From Octopus sinensis (taxonomy: Eukaryota), in the NCBI RefSeq assembly GCF_006345805.1, contig NC_043012.1:55366001-55430000 (forward strand): a stretch of 64,000 bases of DNA. The letters run 5' to 3'. Position 1 is the stretch's first letter. Every line of letters begins with the position of its first letter. The position numbers were made by a program, and so were the translations under genes. The notes beneath the pieces were generated by a model. That model was not told where the DNA came from. It saw only the letters and a list, made by a program, of their open reading frames with translations, and searched no databases. Positions 41,190 through 55,398 of this stretch are shown piece by piece.

Positions 41190-41932
41190 GTGTATATATA
41201 TATATATATGTGTGTATATATATATATATACATATATTCATATATGTATATGTACACATACACACACACGCATACACATACATACATACATACATACATA
41301 CATACATACATACATACATACATACATACATACATGGATGCATATATACATATATGTGTGTGTGGTGTGTGTGTGTGTGTGTAGAGTCAAAATAAATAAG
41401 AAAACGTATTAATAAAAAAATGGACATCTATATTATTCATTTAGTCTTCGTATGAGTACCATAAATCAAATCAGAAAGTCAGTTATTTGACCTTTTGTGA
41501 TTATGGATATCGATCTACAAGATGTACTGATGTGAAGGAATGAATGAAAATATAAGGTTGTGATGTTCATGCATTTCTTAATGCAATGCCGTTAACAGAA
41601 TGGAATTTAGGTCGCGAATTCACCTTACCAAGAGAACACCACCTACGAGGATTATTCTTGGCACAAGCAGAAATATAAACACTGGCGCACGCATACACAT
41701 ACACGCTTATATAGGGAGACATACATAATATGTGTACACTATACACACTGGCATACATATATATGTACATACATACGTTTACGTACATACAAATATAAAT
41801 GTATACATAAATGCAAAATATATATACATACATATATATTATATTATAATTAAATATATATCATATGATATATATTATATATAATCTCTCACACACTAAC
41901 ATATAACAACACACATATATTATATATATATA

Positions 41933-42025
<93 letters not shown>

Positions 42026-43119
42026 ATATATACGCACACGCACACAGGTACTCGCACATATGTTCACATAGGTAATAGATGCATAAATATACACACGTGT
42101 ACGCACACACAAAAACATACACATACACAATCAAAAAAAAACGGCATACACTCATATATTCCTACGTATATACGCATTCATTCAAGCACAGACATACAGT
42201 CATTCACATGTGTATACATTCACAGACAAATACAAAATACAAACACACGTCCATATACATGCACACACACACATACACATCATTACATACATATAGACAC
42301 ACATGTAGACAGACATACACACATACAGGATTATGCACACATAGATACGTATGTTTGCATCCATACATATATACATCTGCACATATACATCTGCATACAT
42401 ACAAGCATACAAAATACATACGTTGGTATATATGTTAGTGTCTATATAAGTATATGTATGTATATTTGTATATATGTATGCGTGTATTTATGTATGTATG
42501 TTTGTATGCATGTGTGTATGTGTGCATGTATGTATATATGTATGTATGTGTGTGTAGATGTATGTATGTATGTATACATGTGTGTATGTATACGTGTGTG
42601 TATGTATGTATGTGAATTTGTATCTTTGTGTGAATGTGTGTATGTGTATATGTATGTATATATGTATGTATATATGTATGCATGTGTGTATAGATGTATG
42701 TATATATGCATGTGTATATAGATGTATGTATAGATGAGTGTATGTATACATGCGTGTATGTATGTGTGTAAGTATGTATGTGTGTATGTATGCATGTATG
42801 TGAGCATGTACGTATGCATGTATGCATGTATGTATGTATGTATGTTGTATGTATGCATGTATGTATGTATGTATGTATATTTGTTTGTATGTTGTGTGTA
42901 TGCTGTATGTATGGTTTTATGTGCATATGTATATGTGTATGCATGTATACGCATACACATATACACATATACACACATACAGATGTCTACACATTCATAT
43001 ATGTATGCACTTATTCAAACATACACACATACATACATATACATACGTGTACAAACATGTCTATGTCACCTATACACATTCGCAACATCTATATATACAT
43101 ACATACATACATACATACA

Positions 43120-43155
<36 letters not shown>

Positions 43156-43800
43156 TACTTACATTGACACATAAACTCATACACACACACACACATGCTT
43201 ATTTACGTATGCATATCCTCACACATACATATACATCCTTAAGCATATATACTTACATTCCTACGTAGATCCGTATACATCCATTTACATAGAAGCCCAT
43301 AGACATACTCATGGACAGTCTCTTACATTCGCATATAACCGTAAGCATCGATGAACACACGCTTTTCATCACCTAACCGTACGCGGACCACGTACAGACA
43401 TACTTATACGCACACACACACACACACACCACACACACACACATACGCACTTACACACACATTCATCCATACACTGATATATATTCATTCACACACACAC
43501 ACACACACACGCACACACATTCATCCATACACTGATATATATTCATTCACACACACACACACACTTACACACACATTCATCCATACACTGATATATATTC
43601 ATTCACACACACACTCACACACACACTTACACACACATTCATCCATACACTGATATATATTCATTCACACTCAAACACACATACACACACGTATGTTTGT
43701 GTGTGTTTGCGTGCGTGTACATATGTATGTGAACACATACACCCACATATACTTACGCATACATCCACCCATATACATTGACCATTGACAAGCACACACA
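41060..43800. repeat. Very long degenerate TA/TG/TATG microsatellite field, including a 4-copy minisatellite at 43450-43670
   Basis: Four identical cores CATTCATCCATACACTGATATATATTCATTCACAC separated by (CA)n. Confidence 0.9.
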
Positions 43801-44117
43801 TACGTTTACGTCCACTAGACATATATACGCAACTTTTCTAATGTCGGCAGTGACTTGCAGCGCCGTCTACTTTATATTGATTTCTCTAAATATCTCCGTG
43901 TTTAACCAACAAATGCCATTTACAATAAACTTGTTGCTTTATTTGTAAGGGATTTGCTTGAGTTTTTTTATTTCTTTATAAATACATTTTTTTATTGACT
44001 TGTTAGTTCTTATTTCTTCACCTTTGTGACCGTTTAGTGGTTTGTAGTTGTTTATTTTCAAAACATTTTCTATTTTCCTAACACATTTTGACCAACCCAT
44101 ATCATACGTTATTATTA

Positions 44118-44176
<59 letters not shown>

Positions 44177-44727
44177 GAGTGAGAGAGCAGTTCATGCCAT
44201 CAAAGTGACACTGGGGTAAAATATACGAAGCCCAATATACCCATCATGACTACCCGTCTGATAAGGTTACACCAGGCACATGCATCACAACCATATGTGC
44301 GCGACATGGTGATCTCATATCAAGATAAACAGCACATGACCTTGCAGGTGGGGCCCAGTTAGAATTTTCTTCAGGTTGAGTAGCCCATCCCGCTCAAACG
44401 GTCCCTGAATAAGGGTTGTTTAAGGATGTTGAAAGAACCACCCATGTTTCCAGAGGTGAACTATTCAAACCCCAAAGAATCCCTCTCAACACATGGCTAC
44501 GATGCTCCCCCACTACTTCTGCTCGTGATCAGAGATGCACATATCGTCAGCCACTAGGGACATGCTCAACTGGTTAAGGTCAAACCTGACAAGCAAATCT
44601 GTGGTATTGAGCAGAATATTTGCTGTAGCCCATCTTTTATACCAAGACAAAACAATGTACATGATAACACTTCCAATCAGTTAAGATCAGAAGCCATGAG
44701 AGCCACTGCCTGGTACTGCATCAGGGC

Positions 44728-44728
<1 letters not shown>
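44177..44728. mobile_element. 550-bp non-coding interspersed element flanked on both sides by (ATT)n
   Basis: Unique-looking balanced-GC segment between (ATT)n 44115-44176 and 44729-44818; no TIRs, no ORF. Confidence 0.6.
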
Positions 44729-44818
<90 letters not shown>

Positions 44819-45039
44819 GTGGTTCTCTCAACAATTGCAAGTCCTGCAAATTTAATGCTTACCTGACGAGATCTCATCTGGATCGAAATACGTGTAGAGT
44901 TTTTTTACCTTGTTTCTCAAATAACTGAGATAGTCATATCTCAGTTATTTCATATTAGAGATATTATTGTGGGTTTTTTTTTGTCATTTTGTTATAAACA
45001 GCGTGATTATTTTAGTTTTATTGTTTATACTCCCTATAT

Positions 45040-45400
45040 TAGAGGCGGTTATGACTGTGTGGTTAAGACATTAACTTTGGAATCACGAGGTTTCGAGCTC
45101 AATTCCATTCTGTGATACCTTGGACAAGTATCTTCTACCATAGCACCAAGCCAATCAATGCATTGTAACAAAATTTGGTTGACGGAAACTGTTTAGAATA
45201 CTGTATTAAATATGTGTGTGTGTGTGCGCGCGCGCGCGCATGCGTGCGTATGTGTGTGTGTGTGTGTGTGTCTGTATTTGTTACACACCTACACCCTTGA
45301 CAACCAGTACATAACTACTGGGCTCGATTTGTTTTACTAAACCCTTCAACGCAGTCCCCCAGCATGGCCGCAGTCCAATGACTGAAACAAATAAAAGATA
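45040..45400 (+). mobile_element. SINE family B, diverged
   Basis: Head, CORE-like CCTTGGACAAGT, microsatellite and tail. Confidence 0.75.
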
Positions 45401-46044
45401 CGCATTAGATACGTTAACACTAAAATTTAGCTATTCTTTTTATGTTGATATTTCCAAGTCACAAATAAACTAAATACCTTCTGCATCATCTAATGGACAA
45501 TCTCGAACATTTATTTCGTGATTCTCCCAGAAATATTTCGCTGGTTACTTTGAAGATCTACGCTTATTCGATGAGAGAACATCAAAACCGAAACATGTTG
45601 ATTGTCGACTATTGCTCTTTCCAGAAAACTGAGATAGCTGAAATCAGATTATCTTTTAGTTAATATTGTTTTTGTTGCTTTTCTTTCTTCTGAACCGCAT
45701 TATTATCTCTAGTTAGATTTCCAATGCTATCTGCATTAAATATGTAAACACATAGATATTTTACAATGTTTGGGTTTGTTTGTTTTTGCTTTTTTTTTTT
45801 TGTACTGATGGCACTCTCTAAAGAAGCTAAATATTGTCTACACCAACTAGAGCATACAGTCTTAAACATTTATTTAATGAATTTTCCATCAATTCTTCTA
45901 CAAAGTACGTTAACTATCTATGCATATCTGCCGAAACAGGCTGGAATTTTCTCCCGCTCCTTGCGAAATAACTCAAACCATTAGTATGATATAAATCATT
46001 AGTTAATATATTTTTCATAGCTTCTAATTATATATTTAACTTTT

Positions 46045-46540
<496 letters not shown>

Positions 46541-46748
46541 AAACAACAAAAACAACAATATAACAACAAAAACGACAACAAAACAACTATACCAATTGTC
46601 CGTAAGTTTCATTAACCCTCCCCAAACAGATGCAGTCTCCACCTACGGGGGGCTCGTATTTAGCGTTGTTCATTAACTGATGTCCCACCAAGTTCCTAGT
46701 GCCCGGGCTTAAAAACAGTTATCAAACATCTTTTGTTCAACCTTATGC

Positions 46749-46784
<36 letters not shown>

Positions 46785-47030
46785 TTTTTTCTTTTTTTTA
46801 TTTATTTTTTTTGTTCTTTTCTTCCCTTTTACGATCCCTCTTGATCGAAAACCTACGCCACCCCTTTTTTTTTCTTTTGTTTTTTGTTTTTTTCATCCCC
46901 CAAAAGAAAAGCTCTACCTTGTAACTTGTCCCATCTGTGTGCAGCACTGTGTGGCCAATAAAGAAACTTATCTATCTGTCTATCTATCTATCTATCTATC
47001 TTCTATCTATCTATCTATCTTCTATCTATC

Positions 47031-47061
<31 letters not shown>

Positions 47062-47199
47062 CGATCGATCGATCTATTTGTCTGTATATTTTTATATTTA
47101 TATATACACATATACATGTATACATACACACAGACACACATATACATATACATAAATAAATATATATATTTATTGTGTGTGTGTATGGCCCCCTCGTTA

Positions 47200-47735
47200 T
47201 CGAGTATGGCCATTGCACGAAGCTTAATCAATGTTGTTATCGTGCAATGCCTGTGCAAGAAGATTTTTTTTAAAGTGAGGAAAGGCTGTGCACTGAATCA
47301 ATCCCACTCACTAAGCAACAGCAGCCATAATCCGAAAAGAAGAACAAGTCAACATCATCGATAACCACTGAGCCGCAGGTTTTATTTCGGAGATATCCCA
47401 GTTACCTGAGTTACTTTCTCCTAGAAGGATGCCCTAACAAAGGCTAGGAGTCCTTCACTCCCAATGGTTTAACCGCGCGATCGGGTATTCAGTCCGATTA
47501 TTTCTATGTCCCCGCGCATGATACAGCCTTAAGACATTTATTGGATGGCCGTTGACTCTCAAGAGTTCCTCCGCCCTTTGGCGGGTTTTGTTTTTCATCT
47601 CGCAGGGTGACCAGTAAACACCCTCCTCACCAAGCAAGCTTGGTGGGGTTGCCGGTTTAGTCGCCGACGACCCGACCATGCAACATGTTGTACTGGGTTA
47701 CATGTTACCAGCAGCACTCGAAAGTGACCTGACAT
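47200..47735 (-). mobile_element. 5' region of an unassigned (possibly RTE-like) non-LTR element
   Basis: GC-rich island; diverged homologues at 48690-48840 (-) and 59340-59670 (+); family assignment is inference. Confidence 0.5.
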
Positions 47736-47761
47736 ATATATAAATATATATATATATGTGT

Positions 47762-47991
47762 ATATTAATAGTTATCGCCAAGCTAATATGGTAGTCCATA
47801 AATATAAGACTAAAGCTGCCGTTGATTAGCTCCAAGAGGCCATCGCCTCTAGCTAGCTATATGACACACGAACCTGGGTCCATTATAACCTTCGAAAAGG
47901 GGAGGTCAGCCGCTTCCCCTTGCTGGTCAGACATCTGCAGACATGTTATATTTATGGACTACCATATTAGCTTGGCGATAACTATTAATAT
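47762..47991. mobile_element. MITE with perfect 46-bp TIRs
   Basis: ATATTAATAGTTATCGCCAAGCTAATATGGTAGTCCATAAATATAA at 47762-47807 and its exact reverse complement at 47946-47991. Confidence 0.9.
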
Positions 47992-49078
47992 CCAGTACCG
48001 CTGCCGTAGTCTCCTTTAGAGAGACTTAGAAATTTTAATATTTCTATTTTTGAAAACCAGTGGATGTATTCCACTGAAATTAGGTAAATAATCCTTCGAA
48101 CAGACGGTTAGTAGCGACGCCTGCTGGGTCTGGCTACTCTGCATTGATAAAGGGCAAATACCTTGAAACAATAGATAGATGCATATTAATGAGGCAATTT
48201 AGTCGGCTAATTTCACTTCAGCTTTCATAAATATTCATTAACTCACAGTCACACACACATACACACACCACTTGCACAAACACACACACATTTTGAAAAT
48301 TAATCTGCCGTTATGTTAAGCAACACTACCTAACAAGCGGTCGTCGGAACCTCTATGAGGCTATTCGACCTGCCAACTATAGCAACCAAACGGCCTGAAT
48401 TCAAACCCGAGCGTCTTCGTCTTCGTGAGCCGCTTTAGCAAAACAAAGTCAGTTATAATCGTTCGAGCGAAGTGACTTGTTCCCCTCCAAGGCACAAAAT
48501 CTGGGCAAAGTTGTTTATGGAAAACCAGTGGTCACCCATGCATACTAGCCGATGTTATCCTTGAGAAAGGCAAATACCGATACTGCCGATGTTATCCTTG
48601 AGAAAGGCAAAGACCGATACAAAGTGTTTTTCCCTTCCAGCTGATGGATGACCGCTGACGTTACTGACTTCATCTATCCTTTTGAAATATTCTGTTTTTC
48701 TTCCTGCAGTGTGCAACGAAAAGCACCCACCTTACCAGGAGGGCATGGTAGGATTGCCGATTTAATCGCCGACAGCCGGACCAAGCGATAGGTAATACTG
48801 AGTTACATGTGATCAGTGGCACTAAGAGAGATCTGACATAATGTACATACATACATGCATACATGCATGCATACATACATACATACATACATACATACAT
48901 ACATACATACGTATATACTTATATACATAATACATACATACATACATACATACACACACACATACATGCATGCACACATAAATACATACATACATACATA
49001 CATACATACATACATACATACATACATTACATACATACATACATACAGTACCCAAGATACACTTAGATATATGATATA

Positions 49079-49692
<614 letters not shown>

Positions 49693-50272
49693 GAACTTCT
49701 TAAGATTTAAAGCATGACGGTTAAATCAAGATATTTTCCTTCCCCACCTTGCTACCAAGTTTGGTGGCCGGTCAAAATTTACTCTAAATTAAAAAAGAGA
49801 AAGAGAAGCCACACACACATTCGTACACACACACACATTCGTACACACAAATATATGTAAATACACACATTCATGCATGGGTGCATACGTGAGCATATAT
49901 TTACATTCATAAATATGCGTATGGACGAATACATGAATACATTTATTCCCGAACAGGTATTTACATGCACAGACGCTACAAGCACGTATGTGCTAGCATC
50001 GGTAGGTAGAGCGAATTATTAAATATCAATGCACATACCAGAACTACATTATGCATACTTACTTGCACATAGACACATGCATTTTGTGTGTATTTGTGTA
50101 TGTATGTATGTATATATGTACACACACACACACACGCACAGACACGCACGCACGCACGCACACAGACGTTGTTTCTATCGAACGAGAGGACGAGTGCTTA
50201 TTACACTTGTAAACGAGAAACTTTGTAACGGTTTGAGGCTTCCACTGAATATATATATGTATATAAAGTAAG

Positions 50273-50290
50273 AGATAGATAGATAGATAT

Positions 50291-50383
<93 letters not shown>

Positions 50384-50408
50384 CAGACAGATAGACAGAC
50401 AGACAGAC

Positions 50409-50485
<77 letters not shown>
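50273..50485. repeat. (GATA)n/(GACA)n microsatellite
   Basis: Directly visible. Confidence 0.95.
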
Positions 50486-50829
50486 CGAAACGCTCTTGCA
50501 CAACGAGTACAACTACATAATTTTTATCTGAAATAGATACATGTGTATACATATTAGTACACACACATACACACACAAGCACACGGCAAGATACATACAC
50601 TTGCACACACAAATACACACCCGTAATTAAATTCGTTTCACTTGGTTGGTAGACCAAAATATTGATTGCTATTCCACTTGGCACAAATGTCCTCAGTAGA
50701 CCAGAAACAAATATTGACCTAGACACGCAAGTTTGAAAAAAAAATCCTCATCTTAGTATACGCAGTTTCCCTTTGATGATCGATTATAGATCAGTAAATC
50801 TATCACGATAAGGCAAAACGTGACTGGCA

Positions 50830-51005
50830 GAGTCAAATGATTGGGTTTCTGGGCTGACCAATCGAACGTTCAACGCTTTGTAAACTCGTCGCTGGCGCCA
50901 TTGTATTACATCACTGATCAAATTATTTGAGCTTCTCAATTAACCGGAACGAACTTGTCACTTCCGGGAAACTGCGAATATAAAATAAAAAATCCCGGAT
51001 TCCTG
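50830..51005. promoter_or_regulatory. Candidate housekeeping/bidirectional promoter
   Basis: Non-repeat CpG-enriched patch with two CCAAT boxes (ATGATTGGG about 50837, GACCAATCG 50856), YY1-like GCGCCATTG (about 50895) and two ETS cores (ACCGGAAC about 50943, CACTTCCGG about 50959). Motif clustering only. Confidence 0.3.
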
Positions 51006-51862
51006 TGAAAAGACTACGTTTTTTCATTCATTTTTTTGTTTCATTTTTTTTCGTGTGTGTGTTAGAAAATATCTCTTTTATTTAACGACCTGAAGCTTTG
51101 GGTACTGGAAAGCGGGGATCTTGAAAATAAAAATTTTTTTCATCTCAGCAAAAACAAAAAAGCTTGCACACTTGTATTGAAAATTTTTAACGATTAATGC
51201 AAAAACGATAAATTTTTTCCTGAATATTAGAAACCATTTTGAATCAGATTGTATTGTTTGTCTTCAGAAGCGTCTATTAATGATTGTACTGTTCAGGTTT
51301 CATTGCAACTTGGTAACAAATGGTCCGACAGCTGAAAATGTACTTTTCACTTTCTTGGAAATTGAAGAAACAATATTCATTTCGAATTCTGGCTGAGGGC
51401 CAGCAATTTCGGGAGAGCAGTTAAGTCGATTATATCGACTTCAGTGTTCAACTGGTACTTTCTTTATCGATCCCGAAAAGATGAGAGGCGAAGTCGACCC
51501 CGGTGGCATTTGAACTCAGTACTTAAAATCGAAAGAAATACCACTAGACATTTTTTTCTGCGCAGTAACGATTGTGCCTGCTGGGTGCCTTACTTGCCTT
51601 CAGTATTGCTGAGGCCAAGTAAGGCACCCCAGGTAAAAGCAAGGGACATGTTAACCGTTGTATGTCCTATAGTTTCACTTTCATCTCTTTCATAATGTTT
51701 TTTTCCTGTTTCGTTGTTTGATTAAGAAGTTCACATTGCAACCATGTAGTCTCGGTGTCAGTGATATATATACATATATAGTCATAGACGGAAATGTCAT
51801 TGACAACGAGAAAGCTCGAAGAGATGGCAATCATCTGTGAAGATGAGGCAGTCACTATGTAT

Positions 51863-52091
51863 AGTTCTATATTTAAGAGATGAGGAATTATGTACATCAT
51901 TTACATTATTTACATTATTTACATTCGACAGATATTTGTCCTCATCTTGTTTGTTAACACAACGTTTTGGCTGATATACCCTCCAGCCTTCTTCAGGTGT
52001 CTTGGGGGAATTTCGAACCTGGGTTCTCATTCCTAAGGTATTTTTCGATATTATTATTATTATTATTATTATATTATTATTATTATTGTTA

Positions 52092-52139
<48 letters not shown>

Positions 52140-52350
52140 TATTATTATTATTCTATGTTTGACTTTTGCTTTATATTTGTACAAGTTGGCTCCAAGTCTC
52201 ACCCAGAGACCTCAAGAGACAACAGGGTTGGAAGTTCATGTTGTTGTTATGCCTAGTGTGCCATATATTTGGAGGGGGGGTGTTGTACTAATGAATGTCT
52301 AAATTTTTTTTTTAAACCGAAAATTATGTTTGTTTTAAACCTTGAGATTA

Positions 52351-52408
<58 letters not shown>

Positions 52409-52495
52409 GTTAGTGTTCAGGTCACTGCTTGGAATCGAACTCAGAATCTTGGGGTTAGTAGCCCGCGCTCCTAACCACTACGCCATATGCCCGTG
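51863..52495 (-). mobile_element. Composite retroposon copy B: tRNA-like head, (AAT)n, hammerhead-bearing pLTR-like tail
   Basis: Collinear with 59969-60314; carries an extra 200-bp insert (52153-52351) within its (AAT)n tract. Confidence 0.8.
51956..52001 (-). ncRNA. Minimal type I hammerhead ribozyme motif (G12A variant)
   Basis: GACAC-CTGAAGA-A-GGCTG-gagggtatat-CAGCC-AAAAC-GT-T-GTGTT. Confidence 0.7.
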
Positions 52496-52863
52496 ATCAT
52501 ATGGCGTAGTGGTTGATGCATCAAGGTGATGCTCCAGCATGGCTGCAGTCCAATGAATGAAGCAATTAGAATATAATCCAGTCACACTTTTGCTCCTTTA
52601 CTGCGCGATTCTTTTCTTGACACATTATCGCTGTAAGATGGACTTTGAAGCAGTTTTCAAGGTTTCAAGTCATGGAGAAAAAGAACAAATACGCCTTGTA
52701 CGACATTACTTCGACCTAGTTTTCAACTCCGATTTTAATCGGTTCCAATCCTGATTCAATAGCATCGGTACCATTAAATACATTGCCTGAAAAACCGAGT
52801 AGTTGTTCTGTATCGGTTAAAACTTTCGCAATCTTGCTTTTGAAGCCCAGAAAACTTTCGAGC

Positions 52864-53071
52864 ACAATAATGGCTTCAAATTTTGGCAGAAGGCGAACAG
52901 TTTTGTGCAAGTGGATTACACTGACTCTAGTCCCTGACTCACACTTTCATTTATCGACCCCGAAAGGACGAAAGGTAAAGATAACCTTGGCGGTATTTCA
53001 AGTGAGAGTGCAAAGAGCCGGAATAAATGCCGCCAAGAATTTTTTTCCGATGCGCTAACGACGCTGCCAGC
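52864..53071 (-). mobile_element. Family-A-type SINE, diverged; similar minus copies at about 51382-51593, 55396-55620, 55638-55866, 57112-57310, 57780-57972, 58258-58462 and 60380-60592
   Basis: Reverse complement of the Nin/Deu-like domain TTTATCGACCCCGAAAGGATGAAAGGCAAAGTCGACC plus head. Confidence 0.75.
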
Positions 53072-55398
53072 AATGGGAAGGCATCCGGGCACGACAGAAT
53101 CCCCGACTTCTGGTTAAAACAGGAATATATAACACGCTGGCTGAGAAATTTAATGAAATACTAGCAGACCCAGAGACAATGCCTGAATGACTCACAGAAG
53201 GAAAAAACTATCCTAATTCCCAAATCCACTGAAATGGCAAATCCACAAAATTACAGACTGATAAATTGTCTCCCTACAATTTACAAAGCCTTTACTGCAA
53301 TAATATCGTAAAGAATAAACAAAAACCTGGAAGAATATAACTTGTTTCCAGAAGAGGAGAAGGGATGCTGCAAGGGCTCATACGGCTGTAAAGATCAACT
53401 AATGATCAATAAAGCCATAACTAAAGACAGCCGCAAGAAGATGAAGGTTCTAAGTATGGCTTGGATCGATTACTGAAAGGCTCTCGATAGCATTCCTCAC
53501 ACATGGATTCTTGATACACTAGCCATGAGCAAGATAGCACCAATACCCATAAAATATATGAAACATTCCATGAATAAATGGTAGACGGTGCTACAGCTCC
53601 AGACAAAAGAGGAACTCATAAAAACCAAAGCCACCCCCATTAGAAGAGGAATATTCCAGAGAGACACACACTCTCTCAACTCCTTTACTGCTTGGCACTG
53701 ACACCTTTATCTGACTTGCTACATAGAACTTGATGTAGATATAGCTGTTACGGCAAAGCAATCAACCATTTTTTGTATATGGATGATCTAAAACTGTACG
53801 CTACAAACGACAAACAGCTAGAAACATTACTACAGACAGTACATGGATTTACCACAGAAATAAACATGAAATTTGGCTTAGAACAATGTGCCAAAGCAAC
53901 CTTGAAAAAGGAAAGCTAGTTAAGAGTAACACTGGATAAAACAAATGAAATAAGAGAATTAGACGAAAGCCAGTCATATAAATACTTAAGAATCAATGAA
54001 TTAGATACGATACTACACAGAGACAAATGAAAGAGAAGACAAGAAAGGAATACTTTAGACGAGTTAGATTAATACGGAAAACAGTTCAATGCGAAAAACA
54101 AGACAATGGGTATCAACACTCTAACCGTCCCAATTATAAGTTACAGATACAATATTCTTAACTGGACTCTAAATGAACTAATCAAAATAGAGATGAAAAC
54201 AGGAAAAATAATAACAGGGTTTAGGATGCACCACCCAAAATCTGACATGGAAAGGCTATATATACAACATATCAAAGGTGGTAGAAGCCTTATACAGCTA
54301 GAAAACTATTATAAAATAACCACCATAAGACTACAGAAATACCTACTTCAGAAGCAAGGAAAACTAATACAAATAGCCACAAAAGACGAACAAAACAAAA
54401 GACTGATTTTTTTGTCTTTAAGAATGCTGACAAATACAAAAAAGAAGGCATAGTACCTAACAACTATGAAGAAAAAGAAGAAATAACAAAAACTGTAAAA
54501 CAACTGACATCCAAATTTAAACTGGAACAGCAACGTATCATGATAAAACGAAGCCAAGAAAAGCCCCTACATGGCAAATATTGGGTTAAGTTAAATAGAA
54601 AAGAAATAGACAAAGTAAAATCGCAACAATGGCTGAGAAGCTCAGGAATCAAAGCAGAGACTGAAGGACTTTTAATTGCAGCACAAGATCAATGCCTTCC
54701 CACCAGAAATCACCAAAAACAAGTAACGAAAATAAATACAAGTAACTGCAGAATATATGGTGGTGGAGAAGAAACAATAAATCATATTGTCTCTGGCTGC
54801 CCAGTCCTGGCTAAGAAAGAATATATTCACAGACACGACAGAGTTGGAACTTATATACACTGGAAGCTGTGCTAAAACTATTGAATAACAACAGTAAAAA
54901 GATGGTATAGGCACACCTAAGAAAAGGTCACAGAAAATGAGAAAGCAACCATACCCTAGGATATACAATATACACAGAAATATTAAACCAACAGGCCAGA
55001 TATAGTTGTCAGAGATCATCAAGAAAAAAATGCTTCCTAATCGATGTATCAATACCAACAGATGACAGTGTTTCTCTAAAAGAAACGGAGAAACTTTCAA
55101 AATACAAAGGTCTGGAAATACTGGTAACTCGAATGTGGACCCTAAAAACAGAAACAATTCCTATCATAGTAGGCGCATTAGTTATGATAAAAAAACATTC
55201 AGACAAATACATAACCAAAACACCAGGATTTACAAGTGTATATAACGTACAGAAAATAGCACTACTAGGCACCGCGCACACTTTCAATACAGTGAAAATA
55301 AGAGCACCACAATAAACCACAGCACATACCCAAGGCACCCAGAGCTGTGCTCGGTAGTGTAATGAAATCACGTGATAAAAATATGACTACAAAATAAT
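53072..55398 (+). pseudogene. 5'-truncated R4/Dong-clade non-LTR retrotransposon (RT plus CCHC zinc knuckle plus restriction-like endonuclease), decayed
   Basis: KASGHDRIPDFWLK; EGKTILIPK..PQNYRLINCLPTIYK; EEEKGCCKGSYGCKDQLMINK; AWIDY*KALDSIPH; IRRGIFQ; NHFLYMDDLKLYA (YMDD 53776-53787); AETEGLLIAAQDQ; CRIYGGGEETINHIVSGCPVLAKKEYIHRHD; PDIV..FLIDVSIP..KETEKLSKY; TIPIIVGAL. Many stops and frameshifts; short 3' UTR ending AATAAT. Confidence 0.9.

Noticed and set aside
41628-41655. 28-bp minus-strand micro-exon candidate
   Set aside because: Splice-like signals only; expected by chance in 64 kb.
48710-48791. Apparent exon with strong acceptor (TTTTTCTTCCTGCAG) and donors
   Set aside because: The segment is a decayed homologue of the repeat module at 47600-47735 and 59340-59480; two frames stop internally and the third ends in TAG; no recognisable protein.
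52560-52870. Balanced-composition stretch with short ORFs on both strands
   Set aside because: No recognisable domain, stops in every frame over the full length, weak splice sites.
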